Positions 1 through 16,190 are shown, counted from the stretch's first letter. The stretch is DNA of 64,000 nt from the human T2T-CHM13v2.0 reference genome, Homo sapiens (GCF_009914755.1 NC_060926.1), one strand, 5' to 3'. Notes: generated by a model from the sequence alone, not told the origin. Made by a program: numbers and translations.

Positions 1-2660
<2,660 letters not shown>

Positions 2661-2676
2661 CTGGCTCTCAGCTTTC

Positions 2677-2830
2677 TTAATAATATTATTCTAAGCGGGC
2701 ATGAGGCGCGGCGGCCCGCGCCCTGATTGGTCCGGTTATCTGACCCGGGGCCTGCCAGCGCCAGACAATAGTCGGAGTCAAATTATTCGCCATGGAGACG
2801 CTGTCAGTCACTGGTAACCCGAGCCTCGGC
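2677..2830 (-). promoter_or_regulatory. SIX2 proximal promoter: TATA-like AT block, CCAAT box, PBX-MEIS/PREP site, SIX-type motifs
   Basis: AATAATATTATTAAG (2676-2690, minus); CCAAT (2726-2730, minus); TGACTGACAG (2801-2810, minus); GTTATCTGACCC (2735-2746) and GTAACCCGAGCC (2814-2825) resemble the SIX motif GWAAYHTGAKMC. Confidence 0.7.
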
Positions 2831-5800
2831 GGGCCGGGCGGCTCCCCCCGGCCGGCTCCGCTGACAGATCGCCCCGCTCCGCGCAGAACGGAGGGCGGCT
2901 CTACTGGAGCCTGGGGCGCTCTGAGAGCCTGGGAGGCGGAGAGGGGCCGGGTTGGGGCCGGCGGCGGCGGAGATTGACGGGGCGGATGCCCAAAGAGGGA
3001 GGGAGGAGGAGGACAGGAGAGCGGGGGGAGCGGGCGAAGACGAAAAGGGGTGGATCGAGGTGGGGAGAGAAGAGGAGAGAAGGGAAGGCGGAGACCGTTT
3101 AAGGGGGTGTCCAGGAGGAAGGGGAGGGAGAGGGGTGGAAGGAGACTCCAGGGGAAGAAAGTTTGGGCAGCTTTGGCTAGGAGAGGGCTCTGCAGCCTCG
3201 CCCAGACCCTACAGGGTTCCCCTTCTCCCCAGGTCACCGCGTCCCTCCCAGGCTCTCTGTTCACCGGGCACATTCTACCCCGGCGCAGGCCAGTGGGATG
3301 GGAGAGTTTGGACGTGCTCGGGTGCCGCCCAAAGACTTGGCTTTTTCTGCTGACAGCGCCCCACCCCCATCCTAGAAACTCTGGACTCAGCGGTCCTCGA
3401 GGGAAAAGGGGAGGGAGTAGACGAAAGAAATGGGGAAGATTTGGCAGTGGCCGCAGGCGGACGCCGGAGAATCGACTTCCCGGAGGATCCCGCCTTTCCT
3501 CCCTCTCCTAGCCCCGCCGGCTGCCTGGCGGCCTGTACCGCCCCAACTCTGCGCTCTCTGCTCCTCGCCGGGCGGGGACTCAGACTTAACCCCACGGGTC
3601 CCACAGCCCGAGGAGCGCCAGGCAGTTCCGTGTGGCCTCTATGGAAGCTGACTCCGGCCGGCAGCTGCGACGCAGAACCCCGGACGGCGCAGACCCGCAG
3701 TCTGCCCACCGGGGCGGGGGAGAGGGGCGACGGCAGGGACTCTAGGACGGTGGTGGGGCTTCCCCGGTGGGTGGTCGGGGAGGAGAACGGAGGCAAGATT
3801 CCCAGTCCTCCCGCTTCGCCGCTGGGGATCGGCTCGGCTCCTGGCCACTCCAGCCTGGGAACCGGCTCGCTGAGCTCCGGGATGAGGTGCTTTAAAAGGG
3901 GGTCCTGTTTTTTGCTTCTTTGTCAGGGTGCCAATGGAAACATGTGGTGCTGGTCCTGTGGGAGAAGGGCTCGCACAAAGGTGGGAGAACTGAGGATGGG
4001 TGTGTTCTTGCTCTACGTTTTGAAAAGCCCGGGGCTTAGCTCCTTCCCGGACATGTCCTTTCCACTTCCTTCAGTTTCCTCCTCTTCCCCCCTCAGCTGC
4101 TGCAGGCCAGGAGCTCCTAGGGCCATACTCAGTGCCTGACCCAAGCCAGCACAAATCCTGGGCTCTGCCCTCAGCCAGTCTAGGGCTATGGAACCCGAGT
4201 CTAGGCCAGTTCCTTCTTTCCCACCCTTTTATGCTTTCTATGGAGTTTGTGCTAGGAGCGCGGAATGGGAGTCTAGAGCCCTGGGTTCAACTTTTGGTTT
4301 TGCTTGGTGTCTATGGTAAGGCATATATTTATGCCTTTGTGTTTATTTCCTTCTCTGCAAGATTTCAAAAATTTTCCCTGTGCTGCAGCATTCCGGAAGT
4401 CCTTTGGGAGTGTTGTAGGCATGAGAGAATGGAACCCTGGGACTCCTCTTAAGACTTTAGCTTCCAGGGGCCTACCCTGGCATGTTGAATGAGGCCACAG
4501 GGCTGACAAAGTAGGTCCCAAGCCAGTGCGGGTGCAGAAAGGGGAAGCTTTCTGCAGAAATCCAGGTGGCATCTTTAGAGTCTGTATCTGTGGGCTGGGA
4601 GGAGGTCTGCTGTGTCCAGGCCACCCTATCCAGAGTCCTATGCACTGCTGCACAGGGGCTGCCCCAGAGTTGGATCTAAGGACCCTGGGAGACATGGAGA
4701 AGAATTTACCGCAGACTGTGATGAGGTTCAAAGCCCAATTTGCTGACCTCCAACAAAAGTGCAACGTACTCTTTTCAGCACGTCTCCTTCAGCTACGTGG
4801 TTAAAAGGATTCACCTGGCTGGCTGGTCCCAGCCCTGGCAATGGCCATCTTACATCTTAGCGTGCTTAGGCTGGGGCTGCAGAGGAGCACCCTGGTCTGG
4901 TGTGGGTGAGTGAGACCAGGCAGTCACTTCCTGGTATGAGACCCTGGGCCAGTCCCCAGTCTGCTCTTCATTCTCTTCCACTATTAGATTGAAGCCTGGG
5001 TAATCTCTCAAGTTCCTGCTGGTTCTGGGATGGGGTGGGTCTAAGAACACTAACCCTGAAAAAGCATACAATCTCTGCAACCTCAGCCACAGCCTTCACC
5101 ATGAATGTGCCACTCCTCTGACCCATGAAGCTTTAAGATTAAACTTCCCCCAGGACTGGGTCCCGCCTATGTTCAGTGAAAGCAGATTTTTCTGGAGCTT
5201 CAGACTCACTGTTCCTCCAAGTGCTGCCCTCTTTGCAGCCCCTGGGCCCTAAGCCCATGAATCAGACCTGCCAGGAGCCTCCAGGCAACACTAAGCAGCA
5301 CAGAGAGAACAGAACAGACATGGGGCCTGCCACCGTGGATAACATACTGTGTGCCATATGAAAAGTCATTACAGAGGAAGCACTGAAAACCTGGAGCACC
5401 GTTACCCGATGTATGGGTGTGTGTCAATATGCCCCTCATTCTCCTCCTCCCCCATGTATGTAGAAAACTGGTTCCAGCACATCTGGGCCAGAACCTCTTG
5501 GTAGCAGCAGTAGCTGGGTTACATGCTGAATGAGGGTCTCCTCACACTCCTTAGCCCCTTCCCTGCCTGGCCCATTCCCCGATAGTCTTTGCCACAGAAC
5601 AGAATACTTGGGAGGTGTCTGGATGAGGATTTAATAGCCAGCCTGAGCCAATGACAATCTCAGCCCCCTAGTTGCAGTGCCCAGAGCAATTGCTGAGAGG
5701 CCTACGGGGTGCCGAAACTTTTGGTTCTACCTCACTCCAATCTCCGGAATCCCTGTCCTCCTTCCTGTCCAAAGACCCATTCCCAAGAGGCTTGTGCTTG

Positions 5801-6059
5801 CTTTTTATCCAGCAAAAACGGGAGAAACTCCATGGCTAGGGGGAGAAACCTTTTCGGAACCATGGAAATTTGAGCTTTACTGAAACACCTCCTTTCACCT
5901 CCAAGCTTCCCTGAAGTCCCTGGGAGGATGAGACTTTCTGGAAAGCAGCAGCAGGGGTGGGTGGGTGCTCCCCAGTGATCTCAGGCTGATGGAATAGCTT
6001 TGTCCCAGACGAATTGTCAGGGACAGTTTGGGGTCTTTGTGCCTGGAGTTGGGCAGGAA

Positions 6060-7700
6060 GCGCCCAGGACAGAGCCAGAAGGCACCTACTGTCCGGCGCC
6101 CATTGGGCAGCCCAGGGCTGGCACACCGCGCCCAGCGGGTGCACTTCTGGGCAAAGGAAGAAGTCAGCCCACTGGCCTCCCGAGGGCTTCCCTGGTTTTG
6201 GGATGGGGCCGTTTCGCAAAGAATAGGGTAATCTAGGAAGAAGGAGCTGCTCTCTGGCTATTTCCAAGGCCAGCGGATGGGTAGGCCTTTGTTCTGGGCA
6301 AATCAGAAACCTTGTTTGTGACAGAGGGAAAAAGAGAAGGGGGCGGGTGCTCGGTGCCAAGTCAGGGGACCAGAGCTTTTTTTTTTCGGTTTGTTTTTGA
6401 TCTTTATTTTTCCAGCCTATAAAGGCGGCAGAAATCCCCTGGGTAGACTCTGGCCCTGGCGCCGCCCGCCTCGGGCGCTCCATGCTGCTCCGCACCTCGG
6501 GCTCTGGGATGCTCCGGCCTGGATGGAGGCTCTCCGCCCTCTCCCAGCTCCGAGCGCCCCAGCCGACATGGGCCTGGCGCGTTCCCCAGACAGTCCCGGA
6601 GTTCTCTGGGCCTGGGCGACGTGTTTCGTTGAAAGCGGGCAGGTGGTGCCGGGCGGGGCTGCGCTGAGGCTCCGGTGCCTCCCCACCTGCCCCTCGTACC
6701 TGCCGGTCTGTCGGGTCCCGGCGGACGCAACCAGCTACTCGCAAACCCTGCACCAGCGGTTTTCCGTGTTGTCCTAAGAGGGGCAGGTCAGGGCGAGGCC
6801 AGTCGGCTCACACGAATTCTCTGTGTCGGAGAACGCGCCCCGCGACGTTCCGAGCCCGGGCAAGGTTGAGAGGCGCTGGGCTCCGGGCGGTCGCACTCTT
6901 GGAACCGCGCGAACCGCGGCGTCGCCCGCGCCGCACGTGGCTGGGGCAGTCACAGGCCCCGAGAGCTGGAGCAACGGGGTCACCGCCACCCCTCTGCCCT
7001 CCAGGCCTTCACCTTGAGACCCACGCGGCAGCCTGGAGGGCCCACAAGAGCAAACGGTTTAGAGGCCGCGGGCTCACGAGGGATCTTGTTCAAACGAAAA
7101 GAACGAGCACAGGGGCTCGGGGCCAGCCTGGAGGCCGGCACAGAGGCGAGTCGGCCCGGGTGGCGCCGGGACCAGGCGGGATTTGGGGCGGGTATCCGGG
7201 CCCGGGCGCTGGCAGCCTCCCTGCGACCCCCGGCCCTGCGTCCCCGCCCGCGGTCCCGCCTTAGTCCTGGAGTCCCTTCCTGGGCCCCTTCGCCTGGGTG
7301 CGGAGGGGCGCGGGCGCGGCGGGCAGGGCCACGGGGCGAGGGGACGGGCTCGCGGCTTTGGGTTCAGGGAGCCGCGGAGCTCCACCGCCGGGTTGTTTTG
7401 CAATGGGGCTTTGGAGAGGTTGCGCGTCCCGGGCCCCATGGCTCCGCCGGGTCTGCACGCCAGCGCCCCCACGCGGCGGGCCCAGAGTTCAGGCCGGCGG
7501 GGCTGCGCGCTCGGCTCCCCGCAGGCCTGTAGCCCAGGAGGGAGAGGAGGGAGAGGACGCGGAGAGGGCCCGCTGGTTCTTCCCTCCTCACCCCAGCACT
7601 GACCCGCCTGTGCGCTGGCACGGAGGGCTCGAAAATCGGGGCGCGTCCGCGAAGAGCGAGACCTCGGAGACAGACACACAACCCAGAGGTGCACTAGGTT
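6060..7700. promoter_or_regulatory. Second (upstream) CpG island
   Basis: Dense CpG/GC-rich block ~4 kb upstream of SIX2 with no credible protein ORF; boundaries approximate. Confidence 0.85.
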
Positions 7701-9564
7701 GCCAGACGGTCTGATCACAGGATTCTTGGGGGGATAGACGCTGGCTTTTCTCCATCACACGTTTCCCCTGCAACGTCTGGGTGCCCAGGAAATGTTTGAA
7801 TGGATGCCTGAATGACCAATCGGGTTTGACTGACAGCAACAGCTGGGAAGTGACCCGGCCAATAGGAGAATGGCCCTCTTCCTCCTCTTTCCTCCCGCTC
7901 TTCTCTCCCAGCCCCCCCTCTTACTCTCCTGTTCCTTGGAGGGGAAGTCTCAGAGAGTGGACGCTTTCCTTCAACCAGGAGCCCTGGGTGCTGGAGTCTC
8001 CCCAGGGCCCGAGGAGCTACAGACTGAACTCACTGCCCTTAGAAATTCCAGGTCTAACTGCCTATAGCATCACCAGGTTCCCATTCTTCTTGGCTCAGAC
8101 CCACCACTTTCTGCAGGAAAGAAAGTTTTCTAAGTAGAGTTACTCCAATTTTTCTGGGGCTGCCGTCTTCAGTTGCATTTCCTTACTTTACAAAAATCCT
8201 CTGTAGGCAACGAGTAGATCAGGTTTCCTGTTAGAAGTGACTTTTTTTCTTCTTTCCATTACCTGAAAGAAACTCTATCCTGTCGTAGAGATTCCTGGCT
8301 TGGCACTTCTCTCATGTGGTATCTATTTTTATTACCATTAATTACAATGCATCAGCCCGACTCATCAGTGATACCCCCTCCTGCCTGGCTGGTGACTACT
8401 GTTCGCTTTACCCATTTGGGTAGCGCCTGGGCAAGAGGCAACTCCCACCCGGCCATTGGAGGCAGCCACATAAGGGTTTCTACCGAGTTCTACATTTTTA
8501 AAGGGAACCTAGAAAAAGCCAGCATTGTTCTTAACTTGGAAATCCAATACTTTACTTTGTTGTCTCTGAATTAAGGCTAAAACCCAGGGGCTGTTTCTTG
8601 TAGAAGAATATGTGCTAATTAATTTATGCACAGTGCCGTGAGAACACTCTAATGAAGCAGGTAGAAACAAGATGCAGCCCTGCTGGGTAGGGCAGATCGC
8701 TCAGGGAAACCTGCGCATGAGCCTGCAGCAGTGGGACCTGGTCAGAGTTAGCTGCAAAGAGGTGTCTTTCCAGTAGCACTGTGGTATTCTGGTTTGAGGT
8801 GACAGGTAGAGTCAGCTCTCTTTGTTCCAACTCTTGTAATGTAGTCACACTATTATAAATGCTGTCACACACACAGAGAAAGGTACGGTGAGTAGAGTGG
8901 AGAATGTGGGCTTTGGTGTCAGACAGGCCTGGGTTCTTGACCCAGACCCACCCCTTTAGTAAGTTACTCAATCTTGGAGCCTTATTTTGTGCATTCGTAA
9001 AATGGGGATTTTAGAGCCCAGTGTTTGGCACGCAGTAAGCATTCAACAAATAAATTGTTGAATTGAATACAACCACTTTGGGGATTAGAGAGAAAGTTTA
9101 TGAAACATCTGGTACATAGTAGATGCTTAGTAATTGACGCTTTTGTCACTAGGGCTGTGATCATGATAGTGTGTTTAGAGTTGCATACAATTAATGTTAT
9201 TTCAGAAAGCACCTGACTTCAATATCAAAAAATGGATTGACTTTCCAGGTGACAATTATTATCAAGACTCTATTAGATGCCCAGACCTGGACTAAGCACC
9301 CTGGGAAATGCTGAGATACGTGACTGGAGGTCCTCGGGGGCAGTTGGAAAGACAGGAATGGGTACAACAGGAGACCACCTTGGCGTCTGCGGTTCACTAT
9401 CCACAGCAACCGTGGAAAGAGTGTGGGCTTTGGAGTCAGGCTATCTGGGTTAAATACTGCCCCTGCCACTTAATAACAGTGTGACCAAAGGTAAGCAACT
9501 TTATCTTATGGAGTCAGTTTCCTGGTCTTGGTAGATGGCAGAGGGAATAAAAGTAGGTGTAACT

Positions 9565-9857
9565 GGCTGGGTGCAGTGGCTCACCCCTGTAATCCCAGCA
9601 CTTTCGGAGGCAGAAGCAGGCGGATCACTTGAGGCCAGGAGTTCAAGACCAGCCTGGCTAATATGGAGAAACCCCATCTCTGGTAAAAATACAAAAATTA
9701 GCTGGGTGTGGTGGCACAAGCCTGTAATCCCAGCTACTCAGGGGGCTGAGAACTGCTCAACCCCAGGAGTTGGAGGTTGCAGTGAGCTGAGATCATGCCA
9801 CTACACTCTAGCCTGGGTGACAAAGCGAGATTCTGTCTCAAAAAAAAAAAAAAAAAA
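9565..9857 (+). mobile_element. Alu SINE (older S/J type) inserted into a MIR
   Basis: GGCTGGGTGCAGTGGCTCACCCCTGTAATCCCAGCACTTT... dimer with poly(A) at 9840-9857. MIR-like sequence lies on both sides (~9415-9540, ~9860-9920). Confidence 0.95.
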
Positions 9858-10369
9858 TAAGATGTAACCAACACCTTGCTTCCAGGGGTTTGAGAAGAGG
9901 AAATAAGCTAATGTATATGACAAGGCTGGATTCCCTGTGTGGAGACAAACTGGAGAACTTCAGCTGCCATCATGTTTTACATTATCTGATAGTATTTCCA
10001 GGATTTTGGTCACATTAGAATAATTCTCAGAAAGCAAAAGGCAGCTGCATACAAATGTAGTATTGCATATTTCGATGGGGTTGAGATGAAGTTTTCTGCT
10101 TCTATTGTGTTTGTTCTCAGGACTGAATACAAAGCAGAACTCATACTGAAGGCTCTGTAGGTGTGTGTGGACTGGGATTGTGACCAAGATAAAATAAAGT
10201 GACTCCTCTTCCCTTCCCTAACTCCATCCTCATCAGCCCCTGAGCCCTCTGAGCCTTGAGAGAGAGCCAGGTGTATCTGTTGAAATAAAAAATAGCTTCC
10301 ACTAATAGAGTATCTTCTATGCACAAAATGGTATATTAAGGTAGAGTGGGTACAATAATCCTGTAATGT

Positions 10370-10750
10370 GGGTATTATCAGCATTTACAGGTGAGGAGAC
10401 AGGTTCAGAGAGGTTAAGCAACTTGCCCAAAGTCATACAGCTCATAAGGAGCCTCTGGAATTTCAGTCTTTGATGCCAGAACCCGTAGTATAAACCATAA
10501 GCCTTGCTGCCCTTAGTTCCTCTGTAACAGCAAAAGTAATGATAGGAAGAAGTTACTGAATTCTTATTATGTGCTAGGCATTGTGCTATTTCACATAATC
10601 TCAAGTACCGGTATGAACTGGATGTGATTAGCATCTCCATCTTACAGGTGATGACGCTGGGGCTCATAGAGGTAAGGTGTAAGTCTGGCAGCTATGCTAG
10701 AGCTGGGTTCTCGAACCCAGGCCATTTGGCTGCAGAGTGCATGCTCTGAC
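10370..10750 (+). mobile_element. Two adjacent MIR SINE fragments
   Basis: MIR core TTTACAGGTGAGGAGACAGGTTCAGAGAGGTTAAGCAACTTGCCCAAAGTCATACAGCT, with a second similar core at ~10635-10720. Confidence 0.75.
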
Positions 10751-12039
10751 CCACTACACTGGGGCCTGGTTTTCTACCAAGCTCTCCTCCTTCACCCACG
10801 AAGCCATTCCTCTCTCTGAGCTTGGGTTCCCAGACACTTCCAGCTTCCAATGGTTGAGAGAGTTCCTTCTAGGTATCAGGAAGATAGGTCTAGGTTCTAG
10901 GAAAAGCCATCCCTTGTCCTCCTCAAGTCTCAGCCCCCCAGGCCCTGAGATTTTCTGAGATTGGTGACCTTCAGTCCCTGTTTTCGCCTGGTGAGAAGGA
11001 GCCCACTGTGACCAGGGCAAACAATCCCGCAGCATCCTCAGCCCCACAGCTGGGAAAGTCTGGACATGCTCATGGCCCCATTGAGTTGGTATCCATTATG
11101 CCTGGGGTGAGCCTGGGGGACTCAGAGAATTTGAATGTCTTAGTCAAGGTACTTTGAAGCACAAGTCATAGAAATCCACTGAGACAAACAGAAGACACAA
11201 AAATAAATGTATTTTAAGGATTCAGGGGTAGCATAGCACATGCATTCAAGGGTAAGGAACACCATTGTCCTTAAAAGAAGTGGAACAGAACCTGGGAAAT
11301 AGTTGGAAATCAAGGCAGGCACACTTTCCCCCACTCTGGATGGGAGAATGGTCTCTTTTCTGTGTTCCCTTCCAAGCGTCTTTGTTCTTCTCTCTCTGAA
11401 GAGCAACTTGCCCTGGGTGCTTCCCTAGCCTTTGTGTGTCCTCCTAGTTCAGGCACTCCAGAGGCACTCAGAAATCTCTGCCCCTGCTCCAAATTCCTGA
11501 GGGAGGGTATGAGGGTGGAGAGAGAGAGAATCTTATAGGCTCCTCTTGGGTCAGTGATTCCCACTCTGATCAGTGATATTCAGGTTGGTGGGTGGGAGGG
11601 ATTCTATAGCCCACTGCCCAATCAACAGGGACTGTGAGCCCAGACTTGGAAGAATGAAGTGACTGTACCACTGCGATTCATGTCTGCTATCAATGTGAGA
11701 GTCTAGTGCTTGGTACATAAGACGTATTAAATAAATATTGATTTCCTTTCTTCCCCCTTCCTCCTCGCTCCCCAATGTCAGTCCTTTTCCAAGTTGCCCA
11801 TCACAAATCAGCCAGAACAACCAATTTAGAACACAGATAAGATTGTGCCACTCTGTCTTTACATTCCTCTCATGGCACCTATTAACCTCAGGATGGTATT
11901 TAGCCTCCTTACCATGGCTAATGGGGCCCTTTGCTATTGGACTTTGCACATATGAGCAGCCTACCTCTCCCCACTGCCCACTTCTTCCTCAAGGCTTCAG
12001 CCAGCCTGAATAATTTGCAGTTCTTGGACTCTTCCACCC

Positions 12040-12400
12040 CTTCTGCAGCTGTGCATCACCACGACCTATGCTCCTGTAGAGAAGCAGAAGCCCCAGCCTC
12101 ATTGACTCTGGGTTCAGTTGTGTGACAGGCTTTGATCAATGAAATGTGAGTGGATGAGCAGAAGCTTTTAGAGACATTGCAAGTTGCCACCATGACGCTT
12201 CCTTCTTTGTCCTGCATACCCCAGATAGGTGCTGCTCCAGCCTGTGTCACAGAATGAAAAGGAAGGTGGTGCAGAGCTCCATCCTGAAGCAAAGTCACAG
12301 ATGCCCTGCAGCCTACGTTCAATATGAGCGAGGAATAATGTGTATGATTGTAAACCTCTGAGGTTTGGGGGTTGTTGGTTACTATGGCAAAGCTGAGTAA
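12040..12400 (+). mobile_element. MaLR LTR fragment (MLT1J-like)
   Basis: Ends in the MaLR 3' motif TGTAAACCTCTGAGGTTTGGGGGTTGTTGGTTACTATGGCA; subfamily from memory. Confidence 0.55.
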
Positions 12401-12761
12401 TGTATTTCCCTCTCTCACCTCAAATCTCCCTAGAAATGTCTCCCTCCTTTCCCAATCTCTTAATCTTTCAGGACTCAGATTAGATGTTACTTTCCCTGGA
12501 AAACTTTCCTGACATTCTTCTTCCCCAGGTCAGGCCATGGCCCTACTCCAGTTCCCATATGACCTTCCTGTCCTCACCCCCAGCATCACACTTATGTCAC
12601 AGTGCTCTCACCCCTTGATTTCACACCTGATGGCACCATGACTGGGAGCTCCTTGAAGGCAGGGACTATATCCTTCTGGTTCCTCACTCCTCACCTTTTA
12701 AGTCCTCAAAAAAGATTTGTTGAAAAAGGAATGAATTTAGTTGTATGAGTAATCTTCTACC

Positions 12762-13650
12762 TGTGTGGTAGATTTTGTTTTCTAAAGATGACTACAACAT
12801 CTCCCATCCCATGTGCTTTTCTTTTCTTTTCTTCTCTTTTTCTTTTCTTTCGTTCTTTTTTTTTTTTTTTTTGAGACACAGTCTAGCTCTATCACCCAAG
12901 TTGGAGTGCAGTGGTGCAATCTCGGCTTACTACAACCTTCACTTCCTGGGTTCAAGCGATTCTCATGCCTCAGCTTCCTGAGTAGCTGGGATTATAGGCA
13001 CATACCACTACACCAGTCTAATTTTTATATCTTTTTAGTAGAGGTGGTGTTTTACCATGTTGGCCAGGCAGGTCTCAAACTCCTAGCCTCAAGTGATTGG
13101 CCTGCCTCGGCCTCCCAAAGTGCTGGGATTACAGGTGTGAGCCACCGCACCTGGCTCCACATGCTTTTCTTTTAATGTGACTTTGACATTGCTCTAGTTG
13201 AGAGGTGTGTGTGTGTGTGTTTCTCTTAAATCTGGGTGGCCTTGTAAATATGGCAGAAGTAACACAATGTGACTTCTGAGGCTAGGTCATGAAAGGCAGT
13301 ACCGTGTCCGCCTAGTTCTCTTGGGACACTTGTTCTTGGAACCAGCCACCATGCTGTAAGGAAGCCCAAATAGCCTGTGAAGGGGCCCATGTGCAAAAGA
13401 ATTAAGGCCCCTTAGGCTTGAACTCTCAAGCAAGCACCAGCACCAATTTGCCAGGCATGTCAGTGAGCCATCTTGAAAGAGGATCCTCCACCTCCAGTCA
13501 CGGTGTCCCAGCTGATGCCACAAGGAACATAGAGAAGCCATTCCTGTCAAGCCCTGGCCACATTTTATCCATAAATAAAACAAAAAATTGCCCTTGTTTT
13601 AAGCCACTAGGTTTTGGAGTGATTGCTACACAGCAATACATAATCAGAAC
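12762..13650 (+). mobile_element. MaLR solo LTR (MLT1F/G/H-like) interrupted by an Alu
   Basis: GTGACTTCTGAGGCTAGGTCAT, CAGCCACCATGCTGTAAGGAAGCCCAAA and the 3' end TTTTAAGCCACTAGGTTTTGGAGTGATTGCTACACAGCAATA. Confidence 0.7.
12840..13155 (-). mobile_element. Alu SINE (S type)
   Basis: Poly(T), then TTGAGAC...CCTCCCAAAGTGCTGGGATTACAGGTGTGAGCCACCGCACCTGGC. Confidence 0.95.
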
Positions 13651-14063
13651 TTTTGGCTTTCCTCTTAGTAATCCAGTTTTCTCGTGGATCTGAGTACCTG
13701 TCCTGAGCTCCAGACCCCTGCCTTGGGCCTTAAGAACTGTCTCCCCTGGGGATCAAATATTATTCTCACACCCCTAGCCACTAGCTGGGGCAACTCTCGG
13801 ATGGATCTTAGCCTCTGGAACTCTGTGGCTGCCCCCTATCTGGCTTCAGGTAATACATTCCCCAGTGTCTGTTCCCTACACTAGGGGCAGGCGCAGTGCA
13901 AAGGTATCACAGGGAAATGAGCATAGGCAGAGAACAGATTCAGACTGGGAAGGTCATGAGCCCTTCATAGGGTGAGATTTCCTCTTGGGAAAGGCTTACA
14001 TTAAGCCTACAAGGTTATTAAGTGATGTCTTTTGCAGCCCTAGCAAGACTATTTAGAATTCTT

Positions 14064-14209
14064 TTTAAACTTTTCTTCCTTTTTTTTGAGACAGGGTCTC
14101 ACCCTGTTGCCCAGGCTGGAGTGCAGTAATGCGATCATAGCTCATTGCAGCCTCAAACTCCTGGGTTCAAGCAATCCTTCTGCTTCAGCCTCCTAAACAG
14201 CTGGGGCTA
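14064..14209 (-). mobile_element. 5'-truncated AluJ/monomer with target-site duplication
   Basis: Single Alu arm flanked by ATTTAGAATTCTT (14051-14063) and ATTTAGAGTTCTT (14210-14222). Confidence 0.85.
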
Positions 14210-14579
14210 ATTTAGAGTTCTTGCTGAAAGGATATAGAAAGGGACTCACACACATAAACACACACATAGAATCAAATACGAATGTACATGCACACATGTA
14301 AGTAAACATACATATAGGCAAGTATCTGTCTCAACACATACATATAAAAATACATTATAATTAGTAGGAATGATGGATATGCATATTCATAGTCACATGC
14401 AGATATAATTTCTGAAGCCATGGGGACTGGTTTGCCTTCAATGTGCCACATGTTTCTGGGTCACTCCCAAACCAGTTCTTTATAAGGGACTTTAGTCACA
14501 GTTTCTAGTGATGGTTTTGGGGGAGGGAGACTTGGTTGGTAAGAACAGTAGAACCTGAAACTAGAAAATGTAAACAAAC

Positions 14580-14954
<375 letters not shown>

Positions 14955-15569
14955 TCAATCTGTTATAATCTTTGTAGTTGGGACTGTGGTCATGTAGCAC
15001 ATGGCTGGGGCTGTGGTCATTCACAAGGAATCTGTAATTTCTACTACCTTTTTTCTAGCCTATATTTAATCTGAGAAGTTTCTAGGAGGTCATACGTCAC
15101 CTACGTCAGTACTTACAATGCCCACCAGCAATTCAATCCAATCTAATCTCATTCCATTCCAGTCAATGGACAAATATATACTTCTTTTCCCACAGTATAA
15201 ATCTGAGGAGTATTTACGCTGCCTCTACTCTATACCCAGCTCTGTGTTAGGCTGTCAGAGGGGGAAGGCTAGCTGGTCAACAAAACTCACCTGTGTGAAG
15301 CAGAAGAGAGCAAGACCACCCACCACTCCTCACCACCATGATTGGGACACAGGTGTGCCTAGGTGGGCAAGGAAGGCTTCTCGGATGGGGAAGGTGGTCT
15401 TGGTCTGGGGTTTGAACAAGGAGAATTAGGATAGGGGAGGTGTGCCCCTGAGGCTGAACAGGTCTGGGCGAACAGGAGGAAACCATACTATTTCCTTTCT
15501 CAGCTCAGAGACTAGGCACATCTTGGCCTTGTGTTTGCTTCTGACTTTGGATCAAAGGAAGCAGGGAAC

Positions 15570-16190
15570 CCCAGAGTCTCCTATTTAAGACTATAAGCTC
15601 CGTGAGGTCAGCGTGTGTGGCTGTCTTGTTCGTCATGGGGTCCCCTGCGTCTGGCTTGGCACCTGGTGTGTGGCTTCCTTGCTTCTTCTCTTCCCAACAA
15701 TTCTCCACCGCAGTCCTAGTGACTTTCAAAATGTGTCACATTACTTTGATGTTTAAAATTATCTGATAGTTCCCCACTGCCCCCAGCACAAACTCCCTAT
15801 GGAGATCTCCAAGGGCGAAGGTGATCCAGCCCCTGCTTCTCTCTCTCACTGCTTCTGATGCTCTTTCTCTGTCTCTTTGCTCATCATGCTTCTGCTGCCC
15901 TAGCTTCCTTCCTGTTCTTCAAATGTGCCAAACTTGTTCCCACCTCTAGGCTTTTACCTTGAGTGTCTCCTGCTCTCTCCACTATATAATTATGTTTTAT
16001 CTTCACACTTACCACCATCTGAAAGTATCATGCTTGTCTGATTATCGTTGACTGTTTCGTTCTTAGAGTATAAACTGCATGGCAAAAGGGACTTTGCCTG
16101 ATGGACTCATGGCTATATCTCCAACATCTGGAACAGTGCATGGCACACAGTAGGTCCTCAATAAATGTTTGTTGAAGAAAGGAATGACTA
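15570..16190. mobile_element. L2 LINE fragments
   Basis: L2 3'-end motif TGGCACACAGTAGGTCCTCAATAAATGTTTGTTGAAG and pyrimidine-rich L2-like body. Confidence 0.65.

Noticed and set aside
5836-7718. ORFs of 130-305 aa in the second CpG island
   Set aside because: Stop-codon scarcity in GC-rich DNA; no domain signature or coherent exon structure.
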